A DNA stretch of 61,510 nucleotides, filler included, from Basidiobolus ranarum (GCA_040143965.1; 8 parts of 8 records of this genome joined end to end with filler, not necessarily neighbours in it), one strand, 5' to 3'; positions 25,239 to 38,326 are shown, counted from the first letter of the whole stretch. Notes: generated by a model not told the origin, from the letters alone. Numbers and translations: made by a program.

Positions 25239-25983
25239 TCAATGAAGCTTCTGTTTCTGCTTGGGAGATGTTTTCAACTGTGCTTGTAATTCCAGGCGCT
25301 TTGCGCGAATCAGTAATTGAGCTACTTTACTAAGTAGAATGATCTGGAAGGCGATAAAAAATGACGGTTAAGGACAATTAGGTTTACAACTGTAATACGT
25401 AATGAGTTACCAGAATTAAGCTCGCATTACAGATGATAGGAAGAGCATATACAATAAGGATGAAAAATCCGTGAGAATCGAAATAGTTAGCCACACTAAA
25501 TCTATCCCAATATAAACCTCCTAAATAGTTGACATGTTCAGCGGATGCAGCGAGAAGTACTAAGACAATATTAGCCAAGAGTAGAAACGCATTCTAAATT
25601 CGTATTACTTACTAAGTATAATCAGCAAGGTAATCAGGAGGTATTCTCGATTTTTCGATAGAATAATGAGTAGAAATGTAAGCACATGAGAAGCCATTAA
25701 AGCCTGAATCCAGTACTGATTCCAGTTCACCTAATAAAACAACAGATGGATTAGATAAATCATTATCAAGAAGAATAAACTTGCGGAGATATCTCCTTAC
25801 CGCATAGAAAAAGCGAGCAATATCTGCTACTAAACCAGACCCTTGAAGATCTTCTTTCAATTTACGCTTCAATTCGTCTAATAATGGATGTGATAGTTTA
25901 TCATTAACATTAGAGGCTTCAACGAAGAAGAGTGACTTAAGATTGTTAAAGGATAAATCTAGTTGGTTCCAAAGCGTATTCAT
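25239..25983 (-). CDS. TMEM18: Transmembrane protein 18 homolog (4 exons)
   Basis: FFYA/VNWNQYWIQALMASHVLTFLL..; AEHVNYLGGLYWDRFSVANYFDSHGFFILIVYALPII; C-terminal LLIRAKRLEL..KQKLH*. This matches the TMEM18 pattern (NW..W; AE..N...W..FS..NYFDS.G.F). Confidence 0.85.
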
Positions 25984-26086
25984 TATATGTGCTCTTGAGT
26001 TTTGGAGTTAATTTTAATGGAAACGGTTAATATTTCATAAGATGTGTTAACAAGCAAGATATGCCATAATCGTATTGGAAAACTTG

Positions 26087-27557
26087 ATGATGAAGTCAAC
26101 TTCATCAAATTATCCATCAAAGAATGACGTAGAATTACTCAACACTTGTCGTAAATATATCAATATTATATGCCGATTTAGTTTCACTTTTCGCTGTGTA
26201 TTTCTGAAAAATATTCTTATTAGCAGTGTTTCAGTCTGTTAATCACATTATGAAGATATGCGAAGATCTAGACATGAGAGGTTCTACAAGATTGCCAAAA
26301 ATATTCGAATATTTTATCTTGCGGACTGACATCCTACCTTGCCATCAATATCATGGTGTTATAATCCCAAGTAGTTCCTTCGATTGGTTCATGAACTTAG
26401 GAAAACCTGATATACTATTTAGATTTAAAGAACAGGAGCGGTACATAGAGATTAGACAAATAGCAAGAATCAACAATACTAGTAATCGGGTTTCGTTTGT
26501 TACTTGGTATAATCTTCTGTAAGCATACTATCTCCTAGTGCGTAAATATGAGTTTCAGCACAAAGTCTGACCCATCAGTTTCTGATTTATATTGAAGGCG
26601 CTATAACTCAGTTTTAGTATTAGCTCCGGAGTGCTCCAAAGCACACTCAAATTAAGGAAGAGTCAAATTTGCTCTAAATTATCTGATTTTTTGGTTAAAG
26701 GAGGTATCAATCAGATCTCTTTAACTGAAGTTGGAGGCCAAACCATAGTATGATGCAAACTAATGTCTTCATAGTAAATGGTTAAACTAGTGAACTATTT
26801 GATGGTTGAAGAAAGTACTATATGAAATCTTTCGCTTTCAAAAGTCCAAAGAACTCTTTCTTCTACTGTATAAATATCAATCCCACACCAAATGAACAAG
26901 AAATCGAACCCAATACCTTGAATAGGGCAATGACACTTCAGGTAAAAATGTAACACTTTAGCACGTATGCTCAATACACAGAAATAACCTGGGTTCTTTT
27001 TTCAATCGCACATTCTAGCGACTAGAGTCGAGAGTTAATCATGACAATAGAGTAATTCAATATGGATACTGCATAACTCCAACAGGTAATGTTCTTGGCC
27101 ATGCTTGATCTAGGGCGATATATCAATGAGACCTTTGTACTTATGGCCCAAATAGGCATATGACACATTATAGCGGCCACTCCGTTTTCCATGAAAATTC
27201 AATGGTAGAGAGGCCATGAAAAATAAAAGAATAGTTGCAAATCAATGAAGCTATCATTCAAACGCCTCTAATAATCTTACTAGGTCAGGTCCCGCTCTTA
27301 ATCCGACTAGCCAAACGTGACAGTCGATGGAGAGAATCCCAGTTCATTATTTCTTGATTGTGAGGTATGACCATGCCCTTTGCTATGACAACGATTCTGG
27401 CTTGACAGATGCGCTAACGCTTATCACATGATACCAGGGTTTGAGAGAGACAGTGATACATTCAACACGAATTTCCGACTCAAATCAAAATCCGAATCGC
27501 CATCGAACAATGAAAAATATTGATGTGATGGCTAACTATTTCTTCGAGAGCATATAG
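26087..27557 (+). CDS. Hypothetical protein, about 300 aa, multi-exon
   Basis: ATG at 26087 (MMKSTSSNYPSKNDVELLNTC) splices into ORF 26226-26522. Further GT-AG-bounded exons can be chained in frame to ...KNIDVMANYFFESI* (TAG 27555-27557). No family recognised. Confidence 0.5.
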
Positions 27558-27705
27558 CCATGCAATTATTTATCTCAAATATTTTGATATTCTAGATGTA
27601 TATTTGGAAATCAGATCATAGTGTTCTCTAAATTGATAAATGAAAAAACACTTCTTTTATGGTGCATCTTCACAGGTTGTAATTGTAAATAGTCTTCTGT
27701 TGTAT

Positions 27706-29867
27706 ATGTCTACCTTGACTATTAGTGAAGCATTTGATCACTTCCTCGACACCACTTCAAAAAAGCTATCAGCACCCAGCCTAAAGCGTTATGAGCGCGT
27801 AGGTTTTTTCCTTTTAGTGTGCAATGTTTCTTTAGTATTGTACTGATTTACACATAGCTTGTAGAATTCTTCAAGATTTATCTTGAGCTACAGCACACGA
27901 GCACCGTGGAGAAACCTGCATTTTGTACCACCACACCAGCTAGCTGCTTGCCTAAGTTCGTTCGCGACTTTTTCTTGTAAGTCAATTTCATACTTTCATA
28001 CAGTTTAATTCCCAGCTTAATGAAGGAACCATTCTTTAGTGTTTATCTACCACAACGCCAAATCAATATTGATACTAAATATGGCGCTCCTACTGTTATG
28101 AGACGTTTATTGTCGTGGCTTTGTGAATTTTCCAAGGTTGTCATACCAAGTGAGATCAAAGATTTATTGGTACTATTTCCTAGTTCGCAAAATGGGAAGG
28201 GAAAGATGGATTGTTGGTGGAATAAAACTATTTCACGGACGAGTTCAACCAAAAAAGATAGAGAGAAAACTCCGCGACCAATCCCAACCGAACAAAACGA
28301 AGAAACTATACGACAAAGTCCAACTAAACGAATTAGAGAGGAAACGTCGCAATCGAGCTTAACTAAACAAGATAGCGAGGAATTCCCACAGCAAGATATC
28401 ATAAATCCTCCAATATCCAATGCAAGCTCATCACTTGAGAATCTCGACAACAGCATCTTAATGAGCGGGTATGTTCAGAATTACGTGCAATCAATCAATT
28501 CCGAAGCTAAGGGTTCAGCAGCATTGGAGGACTCCTATTTTCTGGGAAGTACTATAGAGTTAGGCGATGATTCGTTTTATGATCAAGTGGACCTTCCAAT
28601 TATTGAGGACTACGTACCCTCAAACATTTCGATGCCTACACGCGAAACAAACTTAATCGATCTTTCTTTTGATGATAGTAAGAGAGACAAACCTTACGGG
28701 GATTCCGAGTGTCAGTTGACTAATCGTTCTCATCTCAAGGAAAAATATATTGATTTGAGCTCTGATATATACGAGGCGGAGCCGCCGAAGCCTTCATCTA
28801 TAGAATCTCAATTAACTGAAGATCATATTCTAGTTGAAGAATATCAAACTAAATCGATGTTGGAGTCAAAATACATTAACGTTGTCTCATCGGTATCTCG
28901 GAAGCATAAGATAATGCCACAGAATCCCCATTTAGAAAGCCCATTGAGTAAAAATAATAAGTTATCCAATAGTTTGCTAAAACATGAACGAGTATCGCTT
29001 ATGAAGCAAGCAGCTGATGAGCAAACAAGATTCAAGGCTTCCCTAACACATAAGCCGATTATTTATCACATTTCTTCATCTGATGATTCAGAATACGAAG
29101 GAAAACCCTTGATAATAGAAGAACCTGACTATGTGCAGAATGGTTGCAAGAACTCTAAGATCTTGGATATAAAAATCTCAAACAAGCGACATAACGGCAA
29201 GTCAAGAAAAAAATCAAAATCTGACAAATCCCGCACAAAGGGTGAGATTAGTTGGCAGGTAACGCACAAATCAAAGGGCTACTCGTCACAACATTTTACC
29301 CCTTCTGCGCAGAGTCAGGGCTGGAAGATAACTGAGGATGTGCGCAGCAATTATTCAAGCAAGAGTATCAAACTACCAAACAAAGACCCCTTGAAATCAA
29401 ATGGGTGCAGACCTAGTGTAGATGGTCAACACGCCAAGTTCAAGCCCATCCCAGAACATAAATCACCTAATGAGATTCCCAATTGCAAGTCTCAAGAATG
29501 GTCCAATTATGCTGCAAAGAAGCCAGCTTGCTTTCAACATTCAGTGTTGCAATCGCAGGTAGCATCTCCCACTTTCACAGCAATTCAAACACGTGGCACG
29601 CCTTTTCAAGTAGAAACCTTGCGCAGATCGTCTAATCAACCACCCACAACTTTGCCAACCTATTCACTTGACCAGTTATTAAATCAGATATCTGGGAATG
29701 GTAAACCCATCAGTTGATATTCAGGTTCAACTGTCTTTATACTTTGATTAGAGGTTAAGTTTTGTATTCTCTGTGCTTCCCTTTTTGAGAGATTATTCTC
29801 ATCTGTATCATTTTCTAATTCAAAAATGGCTTACAATTTATTGTTGCTGTTGAACAACTGTATTTAG
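27706..29867 (+). CDS. Hypothetical protein: N-terminal helical domain resembling an integrase core-binding (SAM-like) module, then a long disordered region
   Basis: Exons 27706-27798, 27858-27976 and 28040 onward join in frame across canonical introns into the 565-aa ORF. It ends at 29717 or, via one more intron, at TAG 29865-29867. Confidence 0.7.
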
Positions 29868-30003
29868 ACATGGAAGTTGCATACTGTATACTGTCATCTT
29901 TGCTGCAAGTATTTTTGAATAGTCATTTCAATAAATTGCAAAACCTAGAGCTTTCAAGTACTTAACCTAGTTTATTACAACTAAGTGATCAAATATTTGA
30001 AAT

Positions 30004-30292
30004 TGTTAAAGTATCTTGGGAGTTTGTTGGAAGTGGTTTAGAGAACTAGAAGAATTGATGGATTTCACTTATTGATCTATTCAGTGGAAAGTTGACATTT
30101 ACAGTTTTGTCAAGATGAAAACAAACAGATATGTAGAATGTGTTGAGGAAGGTCTCAGGAACATGTGTGCAAAGTTTAGGGCTTCTAGCACAAGTTTTGA
30201 AACTCTATATATCTGATAACTTCTTAATTAGGTTATTCTAAGCAAATTCCAATTGAGAATAGTGAATAATATCTTAGTAAATATAGGATAAA
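30004..30292 (-). mobile_element. Older LTR of the copia-associated family, interrupted by a younger element
   Basis: Starts TGTTAAAGTATCTTGGGAG..GGAAGTGGTTT and is colinear with the complete copy at 46535-46824 until it is cut at 30292. Confidence 0.75.
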
Positions 30293-30763
30293 TGTTGAAG
30301 TGTTTTGGGAGCCTGTTGGAAGTGGTTTGGAGAAATAGAGAAATTGGTGATTTTCACAGTAAAATGAGCTATCTTTGAGGCAATTTGGATGAGTTTGAAA
30401 TTTCCAATATGGAATTGCTAATTCTCACATTATTCACATATATATATAATATATGTTCCAATTTTCAGTTAAGTGATATTTGACTAAGTAATGTTAACTA
30501 ACTTATATGTGATATATGAAATAGTTAGGTGTATAAAGATAGAGATAATAAATATGATAAAGACAATAAACTTCAACACTCCCACTCAACTAAATATTCA
30601 TATATCTTAATCCTAACTTAAATCTTAATTCTTCAAATTTAGGCTTGGGTAATGGTTTGGTAAGGATGTCAGCAATCATGTCCTCAGTTGGACAGTACTG
30701 TAGTTGGACATGCTTATTCTCAATAGCTTCCCTAACAAAGTGATGTTGAATATCAATGTGCTT
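30293..30763 (-). mobile_element. 3' end of a Ty1/copia LTR retrotransposon: RNase H C-terminus (30763-30590), polypurine tract (30589-30579) and 3' LTR (30578-30293)
   Basis: The minus strand encodes KHIDIQHHFVREAIENKHVQLQYCPTEDMIADILTKPLPKPKFEELRFKLGL..* (copia KHID..ADILTK motif). It is followed by TTGAGTGGGAG and a 286-nt LTR with perfect TGTTGAAGT...ACTTCAACA termini. Confidence 0.93.
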
Positions 30764-30863
30764 NNNNNNNNNNNNNNNNNNNNNNNNNNNNNNNNNNNNN
30801 NNNNNNNTTAATTAATTAANNNNNNNNNNNNNNNNNNNNNNNNNNNNNNNNNNNNNNNNNNNN
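30764..30863. other. Artificial contig linker
   Basis: Same 100-nt spacer. Confidence 0.98.
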
Positions 30864-31259
30864 CCCCATCGTATCATATAGATATAGGACTAACCTCAGA
30901 TTTGGTACAAATAGCTTTGAACAATGTAAATCAATTTGCGTTAGGCATTGCCAATGGAAGTGCCCCCATCCTTGCCTTGGATGTCACCGAAGATATCTTG
31001 AGAAGAATGCTGGACTGTGATGTTCTAGATGATGAGTCTTTCCGTAGAGGTATGTGGCATGGTGTGATATTTGTTTCAAATCGCCACAGTATTAACACTT
31101 TAATTAATGATAGTCTTGGATATCACCCCGTTACATCATCGTGAATACCTGAATAATGTTCAAAATACCATGGAAAAGTTAAAAGAAAATGATAATCACA
31201 AATGTGTTTGGCTATATTCATATCGGGATGATTGGAATGTTTTGTATGAATTTCAATGA
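30864..31259 (+). CDS. 3' exons of an unidentified gene
   Basis: Three exons join in frame over two GT-AG introns: PIVSYRYRTNLRFG/IANGSAPILALDVTEDILRRMLDCDVLDDESFRRV/LDITPLHHREYLNNVQNTMEKLKENDNHKCVWLYSYRDDWNVLYEFQ*. Confidence 0.55.
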
Positions 31260-32598
31260 TCACTTTAAACCCAAAATCCAGTCTAACCCTTGTTATCATC
31301 ATGACTATCACATCACTTTCTTGCAATTAAAGAGAAAATTAACGTTGAACTACTATTAATAAATGATATTAGTTCTTGGAGATACAATCATTTGTAAAAA
31401 TCCCCTTGATCCTCAAGAAATGAATGGGTTCTTGATGTCGTCCCATCAATATGTTACTATAACCCTTACATTATTAGAGTAGCATTCTATCATTTATTAC
31501 ACCTGAAGCATCTAATGAACGTAGCACAATATTTAACATTTAACAATAACAGAATCCCTTCAGGATTATGACTTGATTACCTCAAATCGGATTAGTATCT
31601 TCTCAGAGTATAGAGGGTTAGGACCACCCCCTCACTCTACTAAATAGGGTAAAGATGCATAACACAAGATGCGATTAATTAAGAACGATCAAGTCCCTTC
31701 AAAGCTAGCATTACACAACATATGTGATCTATCTTCAACCTCATTCACCATCAATATTGCAATAAGAATTTGAATGATATGATTCCAATGGATCTATATT
31801 TTACCATATATCAAATGATAGAAATGAATTATTACACGAAACCTTGAAACTGTTCAAAGAAATCGGAATATGAATATTTGTAACCAATACCTGTTGACAA
31901 TGGTTATTGTTAATCCATACATACCCCCCCTCATCATCTCTCTCCACTCAATCTATGGTATTGTTAATCCTGGTTGATTTTCGTACGGATTTGGTTTATA
32001 AAGTTAAATCATATTCGGATCCATGTTCATTCTAAACTAAGATGGAAACAACAAGCGTGGATGCTAGAACTGTTACCTAATCAGCTTCAAGGTGACGAAT
32101 GAAGTGGTTGCAGGTATGATTTGTGGTGTTTCTGGTAACTATAAAAGATAAGTGGGAATCCAGAGCATATACGGATACATCCTATTCTCTGTGTGGTATA
32201 GGTATGTAATAGTATTCTCCGACACTCTCTACTTATAATATGTATAAAATGACATGATCAAAATCGTGGTTTTCCAGCAGAAAATGTAAAAACTACACAT
32301 AATGGTTTACCAGGATTGGGAACAAAACAAGGGAAATGGTCAAATATTGGAGAAAAAATAACATGGTGGTAGAGGTAAAAAAACTAAACTAGCGGAAAGT
32401 TAAAAATATCCCCACGACTCAGCCAAAACATAGAAACCATACTCGTGTGTAGAATAGTAATGTTGGGTGGAATATGTGCGTGTGTGATTTGGGAGAAAAC
32501 ATAAAAATATAGGTGGTTGCAAATGCCCCTCCGTCTTGCTATAATAATAGAGGCAACCAGGGAAGAGGACCCAAGAGGGAATACTCCATATAACATTT

Positions 32599-33929
32599 CT
32601 AGACAGATTGGCGTACATTATAGTTGGGTGGAGACTGACGTCTACTATTATAAAGTAATTGCTGCCTTAGGGTTGGCGTATCTAAAGGTTTTAGTAATTG
32701 GAAACTACACAATAATTCTTCGTTGACATTCATAACTGCTCCATAATTGTCGAATTCTCCACAGTAATTCGGGGCTGAAAAGACCGTTACTAAAGTACGT
32801 CCATTGAAAAACTCATAGCCATCTTCTACGACCATGTGTGCGCGACAGACTAAATCCATATCATGTGTGGCTAGGAAATTATCCACCACAGCCTTACCAA
32901 AGCAATAGGATACTCCTCGTTCGTTATCCTCCCATTCAGCAGCTGTTTCACTGGGGTCGCTCCAGAGTAAGTCACTTAACAAACCGCTATCAGGAACATC
33001 GGTAGGCCGCTCAATACGTCGGATATCATCCATGGAGGCGAGATGTGGGGACAGACCGCCATGAACACAGAAGATTTTGGATGCTATTAGAGCAGCAATG
33101 GGTAATGTATCAAAGACATTCACGAAGGTTTTCCAGATCTTGATATTGCACCTACGCTTGCATTCATCGTAGAATCCGTAAACTAGAGATTTCATAGGGT
33201 GGCATTAGTGTTATAAACATGTACATAATGGGTGAAAATCAAAGCACTACTGTAAATGAGTAGAGAAAGTATGTGATTCTTACCTCTGGTAACATTGGCA
33301 CATTCATGATTTCCACGCAGTAAGAAGAAGTTTTCGGGATACTTGATTTTGTAGCATAGAAGTAACAAGATGGTTTCTAAGCTCTGGCGACCGCGGTCTA
33401 CATAATCCCCAAGGAATAAATAATTGGCGGAAGGTGGAAATCCACACATGTCGAAGAGACGTAGTAGATCGGTGAATTGCCCATGAACATCACCAACTAC
33501 TTTTACAGGTGATGAGAGTTCAATTAATGAAGGCTGAGAAAGAAACACCTCTCTGGCAGCTTGGCATACTGCCATGATCTCAGCATTTTTCAAGCATGGT
33601 GACTTGGATACTTTCCCGGAATATCCTGACTCTAAGAGTCTTGCTATCATATCATCGATATTGATCGACTTGAGCCTATCCCCACTAGAGCGTAAGTTTA
33701 AGGATCCAATAGAAGAGACGGTGGGCGAAGCTATAGCTTCAATACCCAACGAATTTTGTAATTGCTCTGGTGATCGAATAAGAATAGAATCCAAGTTCTC
33801 CTCTTCATAGTCCTCTTCTGGGGGCTCAGTAGTGATTATCTGAGGAGGGGCTCCGGGTAGAGAGCCTCTCCGTCCTAGACCTCTATCATTAGGTTCGTTG
33901 TTCTTTTTCTTGGAAGAACTATTTCCCAT
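32599..33929 (-). CDS. PPZ1: PPZ-type (PP1-like) serine/threonine protein phosphatase; intron at 33283-33183
   Basis: Contains GDVHGQ, GDYVDRG, LRGNHE and SAPNYC motifs. The myristoylation-type start MGNSSSK, the N-terminal extension and [12 protein letters not shown] point to fungal PPZ rather than GLC7. Confidence 0.9.
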
Positions 33930-36900
33930 CTTTTTGGATAAGTGTGTGTATTGCCTGAAGAATTCGCAAAGTATGAGAGAAAGTAAGAATAGAGTCTAAG
34001 AAAGAAAGGTATCACTTTGACCGATAGTGTATAAAGCAGGGCTTATAGAGTTATGTGTACGAAAATAATAAGAACCGCAAAAATAGATGAAAATCTTGGT
34101 GAATCGAAATTTGCATGAACTCTACTCAACAGCGTTTCGTACACGCAAGGAACAAGAGTGGAATAATTGAAAAATCAAAGTTAGTGATTTATTTTTCTCA
34201 GATAAAAAGTAAATGACACTGAGCTACCTCTGTCGAACCAGATAGTATACTATTATTATAAACAAAGCTACTTGGAATCCCACAGTTCAGCGGATTGTCT
34301 TCCCAAGAGGTTTCGAAGTGTGCGTATTATTCAAGCTATAGGATTCAGCAAGGAACAAGAGATATATGTAAACGATAGAAACCAAAGTCAAAATGTCAGA
34401 GTTTTGTTCAAAATCCTTATGGTTAACTTAAAGGTGGTGAACAAAAAAGGATGCCTTATTTACTAAGTCATTTGACTAACAAGGAAATTTTGTTTGTACG
34501 GGGGAGGGTCTAGTCATGCTGATTGCACATTTGAGGGGGCTTAATAATAATGGGAAAATAAATGAAAATATATATAGTTTAAAATGAATTCATCAAAAAA
34601 GCTCAGTATTATCAACGATGCCATATATGTTTACGACATTGATGATGTACGCAATTTCAGCTATGATATAGCCTAAGATCTTGGTGGCAAGAAATTGGCA
34701 AATTTGAAACGCAGTAAAGGGCGTCATTCAAGTTATTTGTTGGCTCTTGTCATACCATAATACATAGGTTGCACTACTTCATATAGGACAATGATGTAAA
34801 GGCCTTCTTGATAGGCTGCTCCACGATCTGTATGTAGTTGTTGAATGAAGCTTGTTAGAAGAAATCACAGCAGAATTATTTGAGCAGCTCAAACTCATAC
34901 TGAGTTATATGTTTGCTATCTTGGCTGTATCTGTAGTGATCTCACCAAGGCTAATTCAAGAGCTAGACAAGATGAATAGTATATGTTCGAATTTTTAACA
35001 ACTAGTTGACTATCAAGAGAGTAGGCTAAGGCAGCATTGCCCAGTCGGCTTTACCTCTTTTGCACAAACGGTATATTCTCTATTATGATGTATTCCATCA
35101 TTGAAATGAAGGGGTAAAGTTTGGTGCCTTGCTCTCTGATTAGATTATGTAGCGGGATGTCGTGGATCAGTTGCTTGTATAAGTTTACATATACGGGCTC
35201 TCTATAGTCCTCATGGGTGAATGTATAGAGTACTTTAGAGAACAAAGCTGGGAACTTCACAATGGCGAGATTCTGGCCCAGAAGATTTGGATAATGTTGG
35301 TATGAGACGATACCAATATTATTTCAACTTGATTTGTGCTTCATGAATGACCAACATAGCTCAATTGTAGTTAGAGGTTCTCCAAACTGTAGAGATGTTT
35401 ATTCTACATACTTGAGTATGTGGTGAGGATGACTAGTAAATACCTGTATCATAGTGGTAGAGTCATATGTATTCATGACGAATTGAAAACCGCTCAATAG
35501 GCATTAAGAGATGTCTCTCATATTATACCACCAGTATCGCAGAATTCAGAGTACTCACCATTAAAAGAAAAGTCACAACCGTAGACAGGTTACATTAGGC
35601 TAGGGGCTATCAGACCGTGATTCAATATATTAGAGATTAGCTTTGATTGAAACTACTCAGGCTTAAGAGTACCAGATGGTTCGAGATGAGCCGCACACTG
35701 CTTTAAACAATATCATATATATAGCACTGTCGGACTCAACAAAATGAAGTTCAATATCCGGAATGCGTCTGAAATTGGTTTAATTGTCTAAATTGGTTTA
35801 ATTCAGTTGGCGAATATTTGGCCTAAGGATCTACTGGGTTAGAGAGCAATAGTACTTACCTGCTTCAAAACACTCATGAACTCAGCAGCATCTGTCACGC
35901 CTGATAAGTGTACTTGATGAAAAGAGGGTGGTTTGATTAATGCCCAGTTTAGGGAAGTATTTCGATGTTGTTTAACGGGGATAGCGGTTGGATATACAGA
36001 GAGGCCATTATAGGTAGGCTTAACCCATATTTTCTGGTGAAGATTTTCCTTGCAATTTCAAGCTATAATTGACAATGAATGTCAATTCTGTATCGTAGTT
36101 CCTAATCTGGATCGTGACTGGCAAAGGATCCATGGGATGTCTCATTGCATAGGCTAAGCCCCTGCTAGAGTATTGATCGTATTTGTCATTTAACTAATTA
36201 TCTAATTCCTCTCGATCGATCACCACATGAGCCAAATCAAATCACCTACCATTTCTGGAATACTCTGCTGGAGACATAAAGCGCCAGTGTAAGCTTTGAA
36301 GTATTTCTGAAATGGGCGAATCAGCCTATGGAGTACATTCAGCAATAATATGCAATGTTGCTAGGAAGTCTGGTAGATGAGCCCAAGTCCACCAAGCAGA
36401 AATTCTGGCACTGATATAGCCACGTAGACGCAAGGCTAGAGCAGTTCGCAGAAAATGTAAAACTCGCAAACGACCCACTCGCGAAATCATGAACGCTTTG
36501 TAGCCTGTAACGCAGGAAATCCAATCAAGGAATGTGTGTTGACCGATGGGAAGTATGATTCCAATTGAAACGTAGATGTGCTACTGCAGCAGAACCGCAC
36601 ATGTAGCTACAGTGAACTCAACCATGCTGTTTCTATTACGAGTATGCCTAACTGAGGCGCTTCTATACACGAGAGATGGATTACCGTGTATTTTCTTCTG
36701 ATACCAAATCACGAAACAGCACACATCAAAAGCTATGCTCGGATAGTGAAACGTAAGTAGTAGCCAATAAAGTGCATCCAATACCACAAGAATGTGTTGG
36801 ATCAATGCAAGTCAGAAACCTTCGTTTTATGGATTCCGCCTTAGTCGAAAGCATCTCTGACAGAAAGTATGGAGGAATAATCCCGATCGAAATGAGAGCA

Positions 36901-37035
36901 ATATAATTAGAGCGGATGCGCCCTTCCTAAAATTTGTAGAACAGCTTTATGGCTATTTAGCAGTTGGTCTATCAATTCCGAACATTCTCCAAATACTTTC
37001 ACCAGATAGTTAAATCTACAAATTTGGTAGCAGAA

Positions 37036-38151
37036 ATGAGAATTATCGCTCTGTTATTACCTCTCCTTTTTGCCACTATCTGTTATGGTAGTCTAGTAGG
37101 AAGAATTCGTTCGGGATTAAGGAGTCTCAACCCATTTGCGAGAAGAACCGAGCCTAAGATAATCGAACCGATCCCTGACCAGGGGTACAATCGTCCACCA
37201 AGACCAAAGCCTGTTATAGGTGGCATGGTGGTGTTTGGGGACTCCCACAGCGACTCAGGAAATACTCTAATGCTTTCTAAAAACAGATCCCCTCCCTCTC
37301 ACTATTTCGCAGGTAGGTATTCAAATGGGCCTAACTGGGTGGATAATGTAGGAAAGAATATGAGAATTGTCATTAAAAATTTCGCTTATGGTGGAGGCAG
37401 TTGTAAGTTGCCTTTTTTCTTTGCAAAATGGTTTGAATCTCTTTGCTAAAACTTCTATTCAGCTGATAGCAAATTCAATCCAGGAAAGGCTGGATTTGGT
37501 TCAACTGTTGAGGTGCCTGGAATAGCCCAACAGATTGGGCAATTTCTACAATCGAAGCCAGGAGATATGCAAAACACTCTATTCTTGTTGTGTGGTGGAG
37601 GAACTGACTATTACTTCAACACTACTGTGGAGGCTCTGGATGTTAAAAATGCTATGAGAAACAACGCTGAAGCTTTGCTCAAGAAGGGTGCTGTTAGCGT
37701 TGGGCTGTGTACAATCCCACCCATGTCCACAGTACCTCTGCTCAGACGCTCTATAATTAAACGCTTTATAGCCAAATTAGCAGAGCCAGTGTATAACAAT
37801 GCAATCAAGCAGCTTGTTTATGAACTACAAACCCGTTATCCAGATCGTTATATTCTCACTTGGGATCTGGAGTCTGTTATACGCAATATTCTCAAAAATT
37901 CGGCAGCACTTGGGTTTAAGAATATTTCTGAAGCCTGCGCTGATGAGACTAACAATCAACCTGCTTGCAAGAATCCAGATGAATATGTCTATTGGGATTC
38001 TGTGCATCCTTCTGCGCATACACACAGGCTTATTGCTCAAGATTTCCAACAGCTACTTAGTAATAATTTCATATATAGACCACCCTATGTGAACAACCAG
38101 CAGCTTGGTAATGTGCCGCCTAATTATCCTAATTATCCGCCAAATATGTGA
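37036..38151 (+). CDS. Secreted GDSL/SGNH lipase-esterase; intron at 37403-37462
   Basis: Signal peptide MRIIALLLPLLFATICYG; block I VFGDSHSDSGN; GRYSNGPNWVD; block II NFAYGG; block V YWDSVHPS. Confidence 0.9.
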
Positions 38152-38326
38152 CGTGCCTGAGCAAATAAACATACTCCCATCGTAGAGTTTCTCTTGAATA
38201 GCGTCTGAAAAGTACTTGAAGTTGGATGTGCATAAAGCACGGTCTTTAAATATTATTCAATTAGGCCATGTTAGTGAGAGTTACTAAGCTGATAAAAGCA
38301 CTGCTGATAAGAATAGACTATGATAT

